Positions 28,711-38,845 of a DNA stretch of 64,000 bases are shown piece after piece. This DNA comes from an uncultured delta proteobacterium. Its GTDB lineage: Bacteria; Desulfobacterota; Desulfomonilia; UBA1062. The stretch is taken from the NCBI GenBank assembly GCA_963785235.1, contig CAWAUM010000003.1, positions 416,001 through 480,000 of the forward strand. The letters run 5' to 3'. The position numbers and the translations under genes are program-made. Position 1 is the first letter of the stretch; every line of letters starts with the position of its first letter. The notes under the pieces are model-generated. The model searched no databases. It saw only the letters and a list, made by a program, of their open reading frames with translations, and was not told the DNA's origin.

Positions 28711-30351
28711 ATGACAGCCTTCCGAGAGATCACCATGGGTAAACTCATCAGAGAAACCGCATTAAAATTTCCGGACAACGACGCCCTCATATACCCGGAT
28801 ATCAACCTCAGGTTGAGTTATCAGGAATTGCTTGAAAAAACTATAGGGGTCGCAAAGGGGTTTATGGCGCTGGGTATACAGAATGGTGATCATGTCTCGG
28901 TATGGACAACAAATATACCCGAATGGGTCTACTTGCAGTTCGGACTAGGGATGATAGGTGCAGTGCTTGTGACAGTGAACACAAATTATAAATCCAATGA
29001 GCTCGAATATATCCTCAACCAATCCGATTCCACTACCTTGGTTCTTATGGAGGAATACAAGGATACTAACTTCTACAAAACCACCCAAGAGGTTATCCCT
29101 GAGTTAAATTCCGCCACACCGGGAAAACTGGGCGTACCAAAATTGCCAGATCTCAAAAATGTGATTTATATTGGTAATAGGAAAGAAACCCCTGGGATGT
29201 TTTCTTTTGATCAGATTTTTGCCATGGGCAAGGACATATCTGATGAACAGCTAGCAAAACGCGAAAACATGGTTCAATTCAATGATGTTGTGAACATGCA
29301 GTATACATCCGGCACCACCGGCTTCCCTAAAGGTGTAATGCTCACACACTACAATATCATCAATAATGCACGGATGGTCGGCGATGTCATGGGCATGACC
29401 GAAAAAGACCGGTTGCTTATACAAGTCCCCCTTTTCCATTGCTTCGGATGCGTCATGAGCTCGCTTAACTGTATGGTGCACGGCTCAACAATGGTTCTCG
29501 TGGAGTATTTTGATCCTGCAAAGGCATTGAAATACATCGAGCAGGAAAAGTGCACAGCAATTAACGGCGTCCCGACCATGTTCATCGCCATCCTTGGTCA
29601 TGCAGAGTTCAGCAAGTATTCTATGAAGTCCCTCAGGACAGGAATTATGGCTGGGGCGCCCTGCCCGATTGATACAATGAATCAGGTAATCGAGATAATG
29701 CATTGCCCTGAGGTCGTGATCGCTTTCGGTCAGACAGAATCCTCTCCTGTGATGACCATGACAAGGAGAGATGATCCTATTGACTTTAGGGTAGCAACAG
29801 TTGGGAGACTGCTGCCTGACATAGAAGGTAAAATCATAGACCCGGCAACAGGAGATGATCTTCCCCCCGATATTCAAGGTGAAATCGTCACTAGGAGCTC
29901 ATGTGTCATGAAGGGTTACTATAAGATGCAAGATGAAACGGCCTATGCAATAGACAAGGATGGGTGGCTCCATACAGGCGACCTAGGCACCGTTGATGAA
30001 CTTGGGTACTTTAAAGTCACTGGCAGGATCAAGGAAATGATCATCCGTGGCGGGGAAAACATATACCCCAGAGAGATCGAGGAATATCTCCGAAAAAACA
30101 CAAAGGTAATGGATGTCTATGTAGTCGGCATCCCTGATAAAAAATATGGTGAACAGGTCCTTGCTGCTATTATGTTAAAACCGGGAGAGAATGCCACTGA
30201 CAATGAATTTATCTCCTTCTGTCAGGGAAAGATAGCCCGTCATAAGATACCAAGATATTGGGAATTTGTGGAATCAGTACCCATGACCGCGAGTGGAAAG
30301 GTGCAGAAATTTAAGATGGTGGAACAGTACGCCCAGAAATACTCAAATTGA
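28711..30351 (+). CDS. AMP-forming acyl-CoA synthetase (ACSF2/YngI-like)
   Basis: YTSGTTGFPKG, FGQTESSP, WLHTGDLG, GGENIYPREIE and SGKVQK motifs. Confidence 0.93.
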   Translation: MTAFREITMGKLIRETALKFPDNDALIYPDINLRLSYQELLEKTIGVAKGFMALGIQNGDHVSVWTTNIPEWVYLQFGLGMIGAVLVTVNTNYKSNELEYILNQSDSTTLVLMEEYKDTNFYKTTQEVIPELNSATPGKLGVPKLPDLKNVIYIGNRKETPGMFSFDQIFAMGKDISDEQLAKRENMVQFNDVVNMQYTSGTTGFPKGVMLTHYNIINNARMVGDVMGMTEKDRLLIQVPLFHCFGCVMSSLNCMVHGSTMVLVEYFDPAKALKYIEQEKCTAINGVPTMFIAILGHAEFSKYSMKSLRTGIMAGAPCPIDTMNQVIEIMHCPEVVIAFGQTESSPVMTMTRRDDPIDFRVATVGRLLPDIEGKIIDPATGDDLPPDIQGEIVTRSSCVMKGYYKMQDETAYAIDKDGWLHTGDLGTVDELGYFKVTGRIKEMIIRGGENIYPREIEEYLRKNTKVMDVYVVGIPDKKYGEQVLAAIMLKPGENATDNEFISFCQGKIARHKIPRYWEFVESVPMTASGKVQKFKMVEQYAQKYSN

Positions 30352-30372
30352 TCAAACTGCTGATAAATCTAT

Positions 30373-30433
30373 AAAAGGTTGCGCCTTCATTCTGAGCTGA
30401 CCAGATTGGGAATCGAGGCGCAACCTTTCTTTT
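30373..30433. terminator. Bidirectional terminator
   Basis: AAAAGGTTGCGCCT...AGGCGCAACCTTTCTTTT between convergent genes. Confidence 0.8.
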
Positions 30434-30470
30434 AAGGTCTATAATATACCCCTAAGTTTGAATGATCCGT

Positions 30471-32582
30471 TTATCTATCCACTTTTCTGACCCTCATTCG
30501 TGCATCAAGTGCAAGGAGACCTTTGTCTTCGGAAAAAACTCTGACCGGATTGACATCGAGTTCATCTATGCGGGCGAATCTGTTCATAAGGTGGGATACC
30601 CTCACCACGCAATCAACAAATGCATCGATGTCATAAGGATCTTGTCCCCGGTATCCCTTGAGTAAAGTAAATGATTTCAACCTTTCCAGTTTTTTCATAA
30701 CCTCCTGTGGCGTTGTCGGGCACAATACAGTAGCAACATCTTTTAAGATCTCAATAAACACACCTCCCATCCCGAAGAACACTACCGGCCCAAATGAGGT
30801 ATCATGTTTTGCACCGATGAACATATCGCATCCAGTCGACGCCATTTGTCCGATCCTTACACCCTTGAACCGTGCATCCCTCTTGTAAGCAAAGAGATTA
30901 TCTCTAAGTTCCTTATATGACCGCCTTACCTGGTTCACATCCCGAACATTGAGCACTACACCTCCTGCTTCGGACTTGTGGAGTGCATCTGGAGAGACAA
31001 CTTTCATTACAACAGGAAATCCTATCTTCTGAGCATACTTTGCAGCCTGATCTGCATCTTGCGTCACCATGCTTTTTGCTGCAGACACACCGAATGTCTC
31101 CAATAGCTCTATGGATTCTTCTCCTAAGTCACCGGACTTGTCCTGTATCCATGAGTCGGCCTTACGCAACCGGACCCCTCCCGGCATCTCAGTTTTGAAA
31201 GCAGGTTGCAACTTGTGCTCATGGAATTTCATCTGCATTGCCATGACCCGAACCATCTCTTCAGCGCTGTTGAAAACCGGGAAATTCACTGTCCGCTTTG
31301 TCTGCAAGATCATTCTCGAAGGTCCGAAGAGGCATATCCCGAGAGGTTTCCCCGAAGAGAGGATCGTTCCCCAGGCCTCTTTCGACATATCAGTGAGGAA
31401 CATGCGGTAAAAGACATTTTCCCCGGCCGGCATCTGGGGGCGTTGGCCAACAAAGAGCACACCATCAACCTGATCGCTGTGCATTACGGAATAGATCACA
31501 TGGGCTGAAAGCTGCGGATCGTAGATATCCCCCATATCCAGCGGGTTCGAGAACTTTATGACGCCGGCATTGGAAAACTTCTGCAAGCTTTCATAGAAAT
31601 CCTGACCAGGGTCAGCAAAGGTAAAGCCGGCCTTCTCACAAAGGTCTGTAGTGATGACGGAGAATCCTCCGGCAGGGCTCATCACCATGACCCTCCTTCC
31701 CTTCATGGGAGGGAGTTCGAATGCCTTCACCGTGGCAAAGAAATCATGGTAGTTGTGGATACGGATCACACCAGCGCGCTCAAAAGCTGTATCGAGGATT
31801 ACATCATCATTGCTGAGCGCAGCGGTATGGCTCATGGCAGCCTTTCTCCCGGCGCTCGTCGTATTTGATTTCAGTACAACAATAGGTTTGGGGCTCTGCA
31901 TGGCAACCTCGATGAACCGCTGCCCCCTTTCGATGCTCTCCAGATACAGACAGATAATCTTTGTATCCGGATCGGAAATGAAATATTCGAGGAAGTCTAC
32001 TTCGTCGAGATCGAGCTTGTTTCCGATACTCGCAAACTTGGCCATCCCGATATTCTCGTCTACAAGAAAATTGAACATCATGAGGGCTACCCCTCCGCTC
32101 TGGGCTATCACCGACATGCCGCCCTCAGGCGCCTTGTGGAGAGGAACGAAAGGCAGACAAAGGCCATTGGCCGTGTTGGCAACCGTTACCCCATTGGGCC
32201 CGACGAACCTGATCCCCCATTTCCGGGCCGCCCCGAGTGTCTTTTCTGCAAGCTTTCTCCCCTCTTCGCTGAACTCGGAAAAGCCTCCGCTCGAGATAGC
32301 CATCCGTTTGATGCCGAACCTACCGCATTGTTCGACCACATCGGGTACAAACCTGGCAGGGATAAGACAGTATGCCAAGTCCGGCACTTCTGGAAGGTCC
32401 GCAAGACTGCGGTATATCTTTATGCCGTCGACATGAATGTCCTCGCCTTTGGGATTGATCCCGAAGATCCTGCCCCGGTATCCCCAGCGGAGCATGTTTT
32501 CCAGGGTCATCCGGGGAATGTTGCTGGATTTTGAAGAAAGCCCGAAGATCGCTATTGATTCAGGATAAAAAAGTTTTTCCAT
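30471..32582 (-). CDS. ADP-forming acyl-CoA synthetase (ACD, alpha-beta fusion)
   Basis: LFYPESIAIFG, GPNG, QSGG, GNKLD, phospho-His SHTAAL, NPLD, ATP-grasp HKSEAGGV and ELDVNP motifs. Confidence 0.92.
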   Translation of the reverse strand: MEKLFYPESIAIFGLSSKSSNIPRMTLENMLRWGYRGRIFGINPKGEDIHVDGIKIYRSLADLPEVPDLAYCLIPARFVPDVVEQCGRFGIKRMAISSGGFSEFSEEGRKLAEKTLGAARKWGIRFVGPNGVTVANTANGLCLPFVPLHKAPEGGMSVIAQSGGVALMMFNFLVDENIGMAKFASIGNKLDLDEVDFLEYFISDPDTKIICLYLESIERGQRFIEVAMQSPKPIVVLKSNTTSAGRKAAMSHTAALSNDDVILDTAFERAGVIRIHNYHDFFATVKAFELPPMKGRRVMVMSPAGGFSVITTDLCEKAGFTFADPGQDFYESLQKFSNAGVIKFSNPLDMGDIYDPQLSAHVIYSVMHSDQVDGVLFVGQRPQMPAGENVFYRMFLTDMSKEAWGTILSSGKPLGICLFGPSRMILQTKRTVNFPVFNSAEEMVRVMAMQMKFHEHKLQPAFKTEMPGGVRLRKADSWIQDKSGDLGEESIELLETFGVSAAKSMVTQDADQAAKYAQKIGFPVVMKVVSPDALHKSEAGGVVLNVRDVNQVRRSYKELRDNLFAYKRDARFKGVRIGQMASTGCDMFIGAKHDTSFGPVVFFGMGGVFIEILKDVATVLCPTTPQEVMKKLERLKSFTLLKGYRGQDPYDIDAFVDCVVRVSHLMNRFARIDELDVNPVRVFSEDKGLLALDARMRVRKVDR

Positions 32583-32721
32583 ACATACCCTCCACATAGT
32601 GAGGTTGTGAAATCACTGTTTCTCATCTCATGGTGCCCATGGGAACTTGGAGTATTTGAGTAGGATTATTATAATAAACTCATTTGGGGCGTAATGCATG
32701 TTATTTTCAGTCTTCAAAAAC

Positions 32722-32766
32722 GAAAGGATACCGGGTGCAAAGGCATGAAAACCCCTGCACCCGGAT
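32722..32766 (-). terminator. Terminator after the acyl-CoA dehydrogenase
   Basis: CCGGGTGCA...TGCACCCGG stem with a T-rich tail on the minus strand. Confidence 0.65.
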
Positions 32767-32770
32767 GTTG

Positions 32771-34636
32771 CTATGAGGCAAAACTTTCTTCGGGTATCTC
32801 GATGATGGACATATCCTCATTCTTGATGGCCTTCACTGCAGCATCCACCTCCGGGAGCACATTTCTGATGAAATACTGGGCGCCGGCAACTTTGCCTATG
32901 TAGAACGCGGCATCCTTGCTGGATTTTGCCAACCCGGCTAGAGCCGTTTTATCCGCAGGATCGATGCCGTTCTGCCTGGCAAGCCCATCGAGCTTTTGCT
33001 TGGCAACACCCGCTTGCCAATAGAGGAACCAGCCGGATACCACCTTGCCCATCATCATGAGGAAGGGATAAGCACTGCTGATGGGCACGAAAAACTTGCC
33101 TGCCTTTCCACAATTCGCCAAATAAAGACCCATATCAGCAAGGGCATCCACACTTGCCTGAACGTTGTTGGCAAGATCCTTCAAGCCATCCACATCTTTA
33201 TATTTCGTCACGGTAGAACCCATGAGGCTAAGTATATTCATGAAATAGACACCCTTCTTCATACCCAGCTTTCTGCCAATGAGGTCCAGGGCCTGGATAC
33301 CGTTTGCCCCCTCATAGATGGATGCAATCTTTTCATCCCGCATGAACTGCTCCACCGGGTATTCGCTGCAGAAGCCATATCCGCCATAACACTGCATGGC
33401 AGTCTCCGTAACCTTGAACCCGATGTCTGAGCTGTAGGCCTTTACAATAGGAGTTAGTATCTCTGCATATCCGAGCCACTTGTCTTTTTCTGCATCATCT
33501 GATGCAATCTTATGCATGTCAAAGCAGTACGCCGTAAAGTAAGTTAAGGCCCGCAGGCTGTCCACGTTGGACTTCATCCACAGGAGCATCCTTCTCACAT
33601 CCGGGTGCTGTATAATTGGCACACGCGGAGCCTCAGGGTTCTTCATTTCCAGGAGGGATGACCCCTGGAGCCTCTGTTTGGTATACTGGAGCGCATGCAG
33701 ATATGCGATGGAAGCACTGCAGAGGCCCTGCATGCCGACGGCAAGCCTGGCCTCGTTCATCATCTGGAACATGATCTTCATGCCCTCGCGCTCCTGACCC
33801 AGAAGCTCTGCATAGCAATTGTTGTTGTCACCGAAATTGATCAGGCATGTCGCGCTGCCGTGGATACCCATCTTCTCTTCAATCTTGGCGATCTCATAAT
33901 CATTGCGTTTACCTAGCGTGTCATCATCGTTGACGAGATACTTGGGGACAATGAATATCGAAATCCCCTTGGTGCCGGCCGGGTCACCCTCGATCCTTGC
34001 AAGAACCGGATGGATAACGTTCTCTACCAAGTCCTGGTCTCCACCGGTGATGAATATCTTTGTTCCCTGAAGTTTAAAGGTTCCATCAGGCTGACGTATC
34101 GCCTTGGTGCTCAGGTTCCCCACGTCGGTACCTGCACCCGGCTCTGTGAGCGCCATAGTCCCGCCCCAGACACCCTGGACCATCTTCTCCATGTACTTCT
34201 TTTTCTGCACCTCGGTTCCGTAGGTCAGGATAAGGTGAGCTGCCCCTTCGGTGGCAAAAGGATAGGCAATGAAGGCGAAGTTATGGTAGAACCATTCGAT
34301 AGCTGCATATTTCACACTCTCAGGTATACCCTGCCCTCCCTCCTCAGGGGGAAAAGACATACCGAGCCAACCACCTTCACAAAAGAGCTTATATGCCCGA
34401 TGGAAGCATTTAGGCACGTGCACCTTCCCGTCAATGAGCTTGCATCCTTCTTTGTCACCCTCCGCAAGTGTGGGAAGGATCTCTTCCTCTGCGATCTTCT
34501 GTGCCTCGGTGAGGATCATGTTAAAGGTCTCTTTGGAGAAATCCGCATACTTCGTTTGTTCACATACCTTCTCCACCCCAAGCATCTCATAGAGAACAAA
34601 CTGTTGATCCCGTTCATCCAAAATCAAGCTCGACAT
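32771..34636 (-). CDS. Acyl-CoA dehydrogenase (about 600 aa DmdC/FadE5-like type)
   Basis: TMALTEPGAGTD, GTKIFITGG, EEKMGIHGSAT, MMNEAR, GGYGF and IYEGANGIQALDL motifs. Confidence 0.95.
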   Translation of the reverse strand: MSSLILDERDQQFVLYEMLGVEKVCEQTKYADFSKETFNMILTEAQKIAEEEILPTLAEGDKEGCKLIDGKVHVPKCFHRAYKLFCEGGWLGMSFPPEEGGQGIPESVKYAAIEWFYHNFAFIAYPFATEGAAHLILTYGTEVQKKKYMEKMVQGVWGGTMALTEPGAGTDVGNLSTKAIRQPDGTFKLQGTKIFITGGDQDLVENVIHPVLARIEGDPAGTKGISIFIVPKYLVNDDDTLGKRNDYEIAKIEEKMGIHGSATCLINFGDNNNCYAELLGQEREGMKIMFQMMNEARLAVGMQGLCSASIAYLHALQYTKQRLQGSSLLEMKNPEAPRVPIIQHPDVRRMLLWMKSNVDSLRALTYFTAYCFDMHKIASDDAEKDKWLGYAEILTPIVKAYSSDIGFKVTETAMQCYGGYGFCSEYPVEQFMRDEKIASIYEGANGIQALDLIGRKLGMKKGVYFMNILSLMGSTVTKYKDVDGLKDLANNVQASVDALADMGLYLANCGKAGKFFVPISSAYPFLMMMGKVVSGWFLYWQAGVAKQKLDGLARQNGIDPADKTALAGLAKSSKDAAFYIGKVAGAQYFIRNVLPEVDAAVKAIKNEDMSIIEIPEESFAS

Positions 34637-34878
34637 CTTAATCCCCCTCCTCTTGGTTAATAATTCATCTTATGCAATATAGTATTCAATTATCTGACAA
34701 ATGAATCAAGAGTTCTTTTGACATGGCTAGCCCAGAAATAAATACAATTCATCTAAATCTAAAGGTTGGAACTTGGGGCAAGACAGTTAATAGCCGGCAA
34801 GGATCGCCCAACTCCCGGATACAGCTGCTTGACATCTAAAGATTGTTCCAGAATAATCATTTTCAGGAGGACATACTG

Positions 34879-35205
34879 ATGATGCCCGATACACAAGGAT
34901 ACTGCATTGTTTTCTGCTCATGTCCGAACGATGTACATGCAGAGATGCTCTCCCGATCCCTAATTGAAAGCGGGCTCGCTGCATGTGTCCAGATTCTTCC
35001 CATAAGGAGCTTTTACGAATGGAAAGGGGAGATCTGTAAAGAAGAGGAACGGCTACTCCTTATCAAGACAAAGAGTTCCCTCTATAACAGTATCGAGGAT
35101 TTCATCTCAAGAAATCACCCATATGAAGTGCCCGAGATTTTGATGGTCCCGGCAGCCAAGGGTCTTGAAAAATACTTAACCTGGATCGAAACCGTGTGCA
35201 GATAA
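34879..35205 (+). CDS. cutA: Divalent-cation tolerance protein CutA
   Basis: LAACVQI, S.YEWKG...EEE..L.IKT and HPYEVPEI motifs. Confidence 0.93.
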   Translation: MMPDTQGYCIVFCSCPNDVHAEMLSRSLIESGLAACVQILPIRSFYEWKGEICKEEERLLLIKTKSSLYNSIEDFISRNHPYEVPEILMVPAAKGLEKYLTWIETVCR

Positions 35206-35255
35206 ACCAATTAACAAAAGCCTACATCATCCTTATATTCCCTGCTTATTGTTCC

Positions 35256-35314
35256 TTGACACCCATGGTGTCTATCTCGTATTGTTCGAGCGAACATTAT
35301 TGTAACATTATTGT
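35256..35314 (+). promoter_or_regulatory. Promoter with two palindromes and an 11-bp tandem direct repeat upstream of parA
   Basis: TTGACA(35256); GACACC-CAT-GGTGTC; TGTTCG-AG-CGAACA; AACATTATTGT twice (35293-35314). Confidence 0.6.
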
Positions 35315-35347
35315 ATAGTGCATTAAGATCATCATGCAGGGGAGATC

Positions 35348-36082
35348 ATGATCATCAGCTTTGTCCAAACCAAGGGTGGAACCGGCAAAAGCACACTGGC
35401 ATTGAATATTGCTTTCTCAAAGCACATTAATAAATTATTTCAATCCATTGCCCTTGTAGAACTGGACCCACAGGGAACGCTGAGGGCATGGTGGGATGAG
35501 CGCACAGAACTCGGCAAAAAGACTCTCAACGTGTCATTTCATCACATATCCAGCACACAGAAAGAGGTCTTTGCAGACGGGATCAAATCCATTTCAGCAC
35601 ACAACGATCTCATTGTCATGGACATACCCGGCGAGAGCACAGGCAAGCTCCATACCCGTTTTGCCTGTGCCGTATCCGATTTGGTTATCATACCAATGAG
35701 AACCTCCACCAACGATGAGGCTGCCTTCGCAGATAATCTCTACCCAATTATCAAAGAGGTCATCAAGGTCGATCCCAAAAGGAAGAGTAATTTTTTTGTG
35801 CTCCCGTCCTTTACCCACCCCAAGGCCAATACGAAAACTATAGCGGATTATTTCAGTGCTATCCTTCCTCCAAACGTGGGATGTCTGAACATCGCCTATC
35901 CGGATAGAACAGTTTATGAGAACTTCAATCGTGAAGGTAATACCTTGGGTGAATATTCCCTGTCAGTAAGCACAAATAAAAGACATCACAAGCAGACCCT
36001 CATGGCAATCCATGACATGGAGGAGATTGCCAAAACCCTTACCACCTTGATGGAGAATGAATATGTCTTTGCCAAAAAATAG
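35348..36082 (+). CDS. Orphan ParA/MinD-family ATPase (short type, no N-terminal HTH)
   Basis: Deviant Walker A TKGGTGKST, ELDPQG, MDIPG and SDLVIIP motifs. Confidence 0.88.
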   Translation: MIISFVQTKGGTGKSTLALNIAFSKHINKLFQSIALVELDPQGTLRAWWDERTELGKKTLNVSFHHISSTQKEVFADGIKSISAHNDLIVMDIPGESTGKLHTRFACAVSDLVIIPMRTSTNDEAAFADNLYPIIKEVIKVDPKRKSNFFVLPSFTHPKANTKTIADYFSAILPPNVGCLNIAYPDRTVYENFNREGNTLGEYSLSVSTNKRHHKQTLMAIHDMEEIAKTLTTLMENEYVFAKK

Positions 36083-36521
36083 AAAAAGGCGTGGTGAAAA
36101 CCAGAACTCAGGTAAAGAAAAACCTGACCATCTTCCCGCATCAAACCAGGACATCGGATCGAACAAAGAATCAGATATGACTCCTGGGAACTCTGCCAGA
36201 AACAATCAAATGATCAAAGCCTTTGAGATCGTTGACCATATTGAGCAAGTTCATGGAATGAGCGGCAACCATGAGCAGAAACCTACCAGCACATCATCGA
36301 TCTCACCGGTGAATAACCAGGGATCTGCCAACACGAAGAGGCTCCAGGTAAACGTTTCTTTCAGCTCAACACCCGACAAAAATATTTCAGCTCATGACCG
36401 GACCAGAGATGATAACATGCCAGTTATTGAGGTAAAATTCAAAATACCAACCTTCTTCCGGAAAGTGCCTATTCTTAAAGGCATAACAGATAACCTTATT
36501 AGGCGATTCGCAAAAGACTAA
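36057..36521 (+). CDS. Hypothetical protein, largely disordered, overlapping parA
   Basis: 154-aa ORF coupled to parA; basic N-terminus, N/S/Q-rich middle, amphipathic C-terminus. Confidence 0.65.
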   Translation: MNMSLPKNRKRRGENQNSGKEKPDHLPASNQDIGSNKESDMTPGNSARNNQMIKAFEIVDHIEQVHGMSGNHEQKPTSTSSISPVNNQGSANTKRLQVNVSFSSTPDKNISAHDRTRDDNMPVIEVKFKIPTFFRKVPILKGITDNLIRRFAKD

Positions 36522-36694
36522 GATCTGCTGCTTATTTTCTATGGCTGCTCCAGGGCATCCCTGGCATCAAGACAACCTTTTTCTATGAATATAACTTTCT
36601 TCTTCCCAGTGCCTCTAGTTTATCCTGTCATTGTATTTTGCCGATAGAGTTGCTATATAAGCGCACACACTATGCATTCACTGGCTAAACTCAC

Positions 36695-38818
36695 ATGAGT
36701 ACAAAATCAAAATTCATACACATACTTATAATCACGGGGTTTATCGCGATATTTCTCACCGGCAGAGAACCGCTGGCATCCGATTCCCTTAAACCCTCCG
36801 ACTATATAAAGGAGATTACACCCTTAAAAGAATACCAGCGGGTTACCACCGAGATAATCAGGGAGATCAAGAAGAATCACTATAAAAAGGTCGCCATTGA
36901 CGATGCACTCTCCAGCAAGATCTTTGACCGATATCTGTCGGATATAGATCCTTCACATATGTATTTCCTTGCATCTGATATCAAAGAATTCGAACCTTTT
37001 CGCTACCGGCTGGATGACGGTCTTCTGAAGGGCGATTTAACGCCTGCCTTCACGATCTTCAACAGATACGATGAAAGGATTGCCCAAAGGCTTGTCTTGA
37101 TCATCAGCCGGATAGAAGCCGGGCTCAAGGATATAAACCTTGAAAAGACAGACTATTTAGAAACAGATCGGGATAATGCGGCCTGGCCTGCCTCTCGCTC
37201 CGAACTCGAAGGCCTTTGGATCAAGGCTCTCAAGAACGACGTTATCACTATGAAGCTTGAAGGCAAGCCCATGCCCGAGATCATCACCACCCTGTCGAGA
37301 CGCTACTGGAGCCAACTCAAGCGTATCCGCCAAAACACGAGCGAAGACGTATTCCAAATATTCATGAACTCATTAGCCACAAGCTATGACCCTCATACTT
37401 CGTATTTCTCCCCGAGATCATCCGAGAACTTCAATATAAATATGAGTCTATCCCTTGAAGGGATCGGCGCCATGCTCACCTCGGAGAACGAGCACACTAA
37501 GGTAGTCAGGCTCATTACTGCCGGGCCTGCCGACAAATCAAAACAGCTCAAACCTAATGATAAAATCACTGGGGTAGGTCAAGGACCGGAGGGAGAAATA
37601 ACAGATGTAGTCGGGTGGCGCCTTGATGAAGTCGTTGATCTCATCCGTGGCCCGAAAAACACCATGGTTCGACTCAAAATTATTCCAGCCGATGCAAGTG
37701 ATGACCATCAAACCAAGATCGTAAGGCTCATGAGGGGCACGGTACAGCTTGAAGATCAGGCTGCCAGCAAGGATGTAATCGAAATCAACAGAGGCGGCCA
37801 TACCTATAAAGTAGGTATTATCCATATACCCACCTTCTACCTCGATATCAGGGCAATGCAATCCGACAGCGAGGACTACAAAAGCACCACACGTGATGTA
37901 AAGCGTATATTGGGCGAGCTTGAAGCGCTGCGTGTGAATGGTGTTGTCATCGACCTGAGAGATAACGGCGGAGGATCGCTGCATGAGGCCAACACGTTAA
38001 CAGGTTTGTTTATTAAGCGCGGTCCTACTGTTCTGATTAGATCAGCTGATGGTGTAACTGAAACCCTCTATGACCGTGATCCAAAGACCTTCTACTCAGG
38101 CCCCTTAACGGTAATCGTAAGCCGTTTGAGCGCATCCGCATCCGAGATATTTGCCGGGGCAATCCAGGATTATGGTCGCGGGATCATTGTGGGAGATAAC
38201 ACCTTTGGAAAAGGGACGGTTCAAACACTGCTTAATCTCTCTCGCGGGCAGCTCAAGGTGACCACAGCTAAATTCTACCGAATTTCAGGGGAGAGCACTC
38301 AACACCGCGGTGTAATACCGGATCTCTATTATCCAAATCTTTTCGATAAAGACACTATCGGCGAGAGCTCACTCAAGGATGCCATGCCATGGGATGCCAT
38401 CAGCGCCGTACCTCACTACGTTTTTGGGGACATCTCCCCTTATAAGGCGCAGCTTCGTTCCATGCATACCGCTCGCATACAAAATGACCCCGACTACACC
38501 TATACACTCGGCATGATGAAATACCTGAAAGCGGCACGCGATAAAAAGAAGATCTCCCTGAGGCTTTCCACAAGACTTCAGGAAAAGAAAATAAATGAAA
38601 CACAAAGAATAACGCTAGAAAACAATCTCAGAAAGGCCAAGGGACAAAAACTTATAACAAATATAAATCAATTGAATGACGACAAAGATGAATCTCAGCG
38701 GACCAAGCCTGCAAAGGATGATGCCGAGCTTGTTGAAAGCGGCAATATTCTAGTGGATTATCTCGTAATCAAGAACAAGTCGAGTCCTTCACAACAAGCC
38801 CAGACATGGGTCCAATAA
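36695..38818 (+). CDS. prc: Carboxy-terminal processing (tail-specific) protease Prc/Tsp
   Basis: DPHTSYFSP, SLEGIGA, PDZ domain, DLRDNGGGSL, SASASEIFAGAIQDYGR and FGKGTVQ motifs. Confidence 0.94.
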   Translation: MSTKSKFIHILIITGFIAIFLTGREPLASDSLKPSDYIKEITPLKEYQRVTTEIIREIKKNHYKKVAIDDALSSKIFDRYLSDIDPSHMYFLASDIKEFEPFRYRLDDGLLKGDLTPAFTIFNRYDERIAQRLVLIISRIEAGLKDINLEKTDYLETDRDNAAWPASRSELEGLWIKALKNDVITMKLEGKPMPEIITTLSRRYWSQLKRIRQNTSEDVFQIFMNSLATSYDPHTSYFSPRSSENFNINMSLSLEGIGAMLTSENEHTKVVRLITAGPADKSKQLKPNDKITGVGQGPEGEITDVVGWRLDEVVDLIRGPKNTMVRLKIIPADASDDHQTKIVRLMRGTVQLEDQAASKDVIEINRGGHTYKVGIIHIPTFYLDIRAMQSDSEDYKSTTRDVKRILGELEALRVNGVVIDLRDNGGGSLHEANTLTGLFIKRGPTVLIRSADGVTETLYDRDPKTFYSGPLTVIVSRLSASASEIFAGAIQDYGRGIIVGDNTFGKGTVQTLLNLSRGQLKVTTAKFYRISGESTQHRGVIPDLYYPNLFDKDTIGESSLKDAMPWDAISAVPHYVFGDISPYKAQLRSMHTARIQNDPDYTYTLGMMKYLKAARDKKKISLRLSTRLQEKKINETQRITLENNLRKAKGQKLITNINQLNDDKDESQRTKPAKDDAELVESGNILVDYLVIKNKSSPSQQAQTWVQ

Positions 38819-38845
38819 GATTCCTTTTCCACTTGGGAGAACCCA

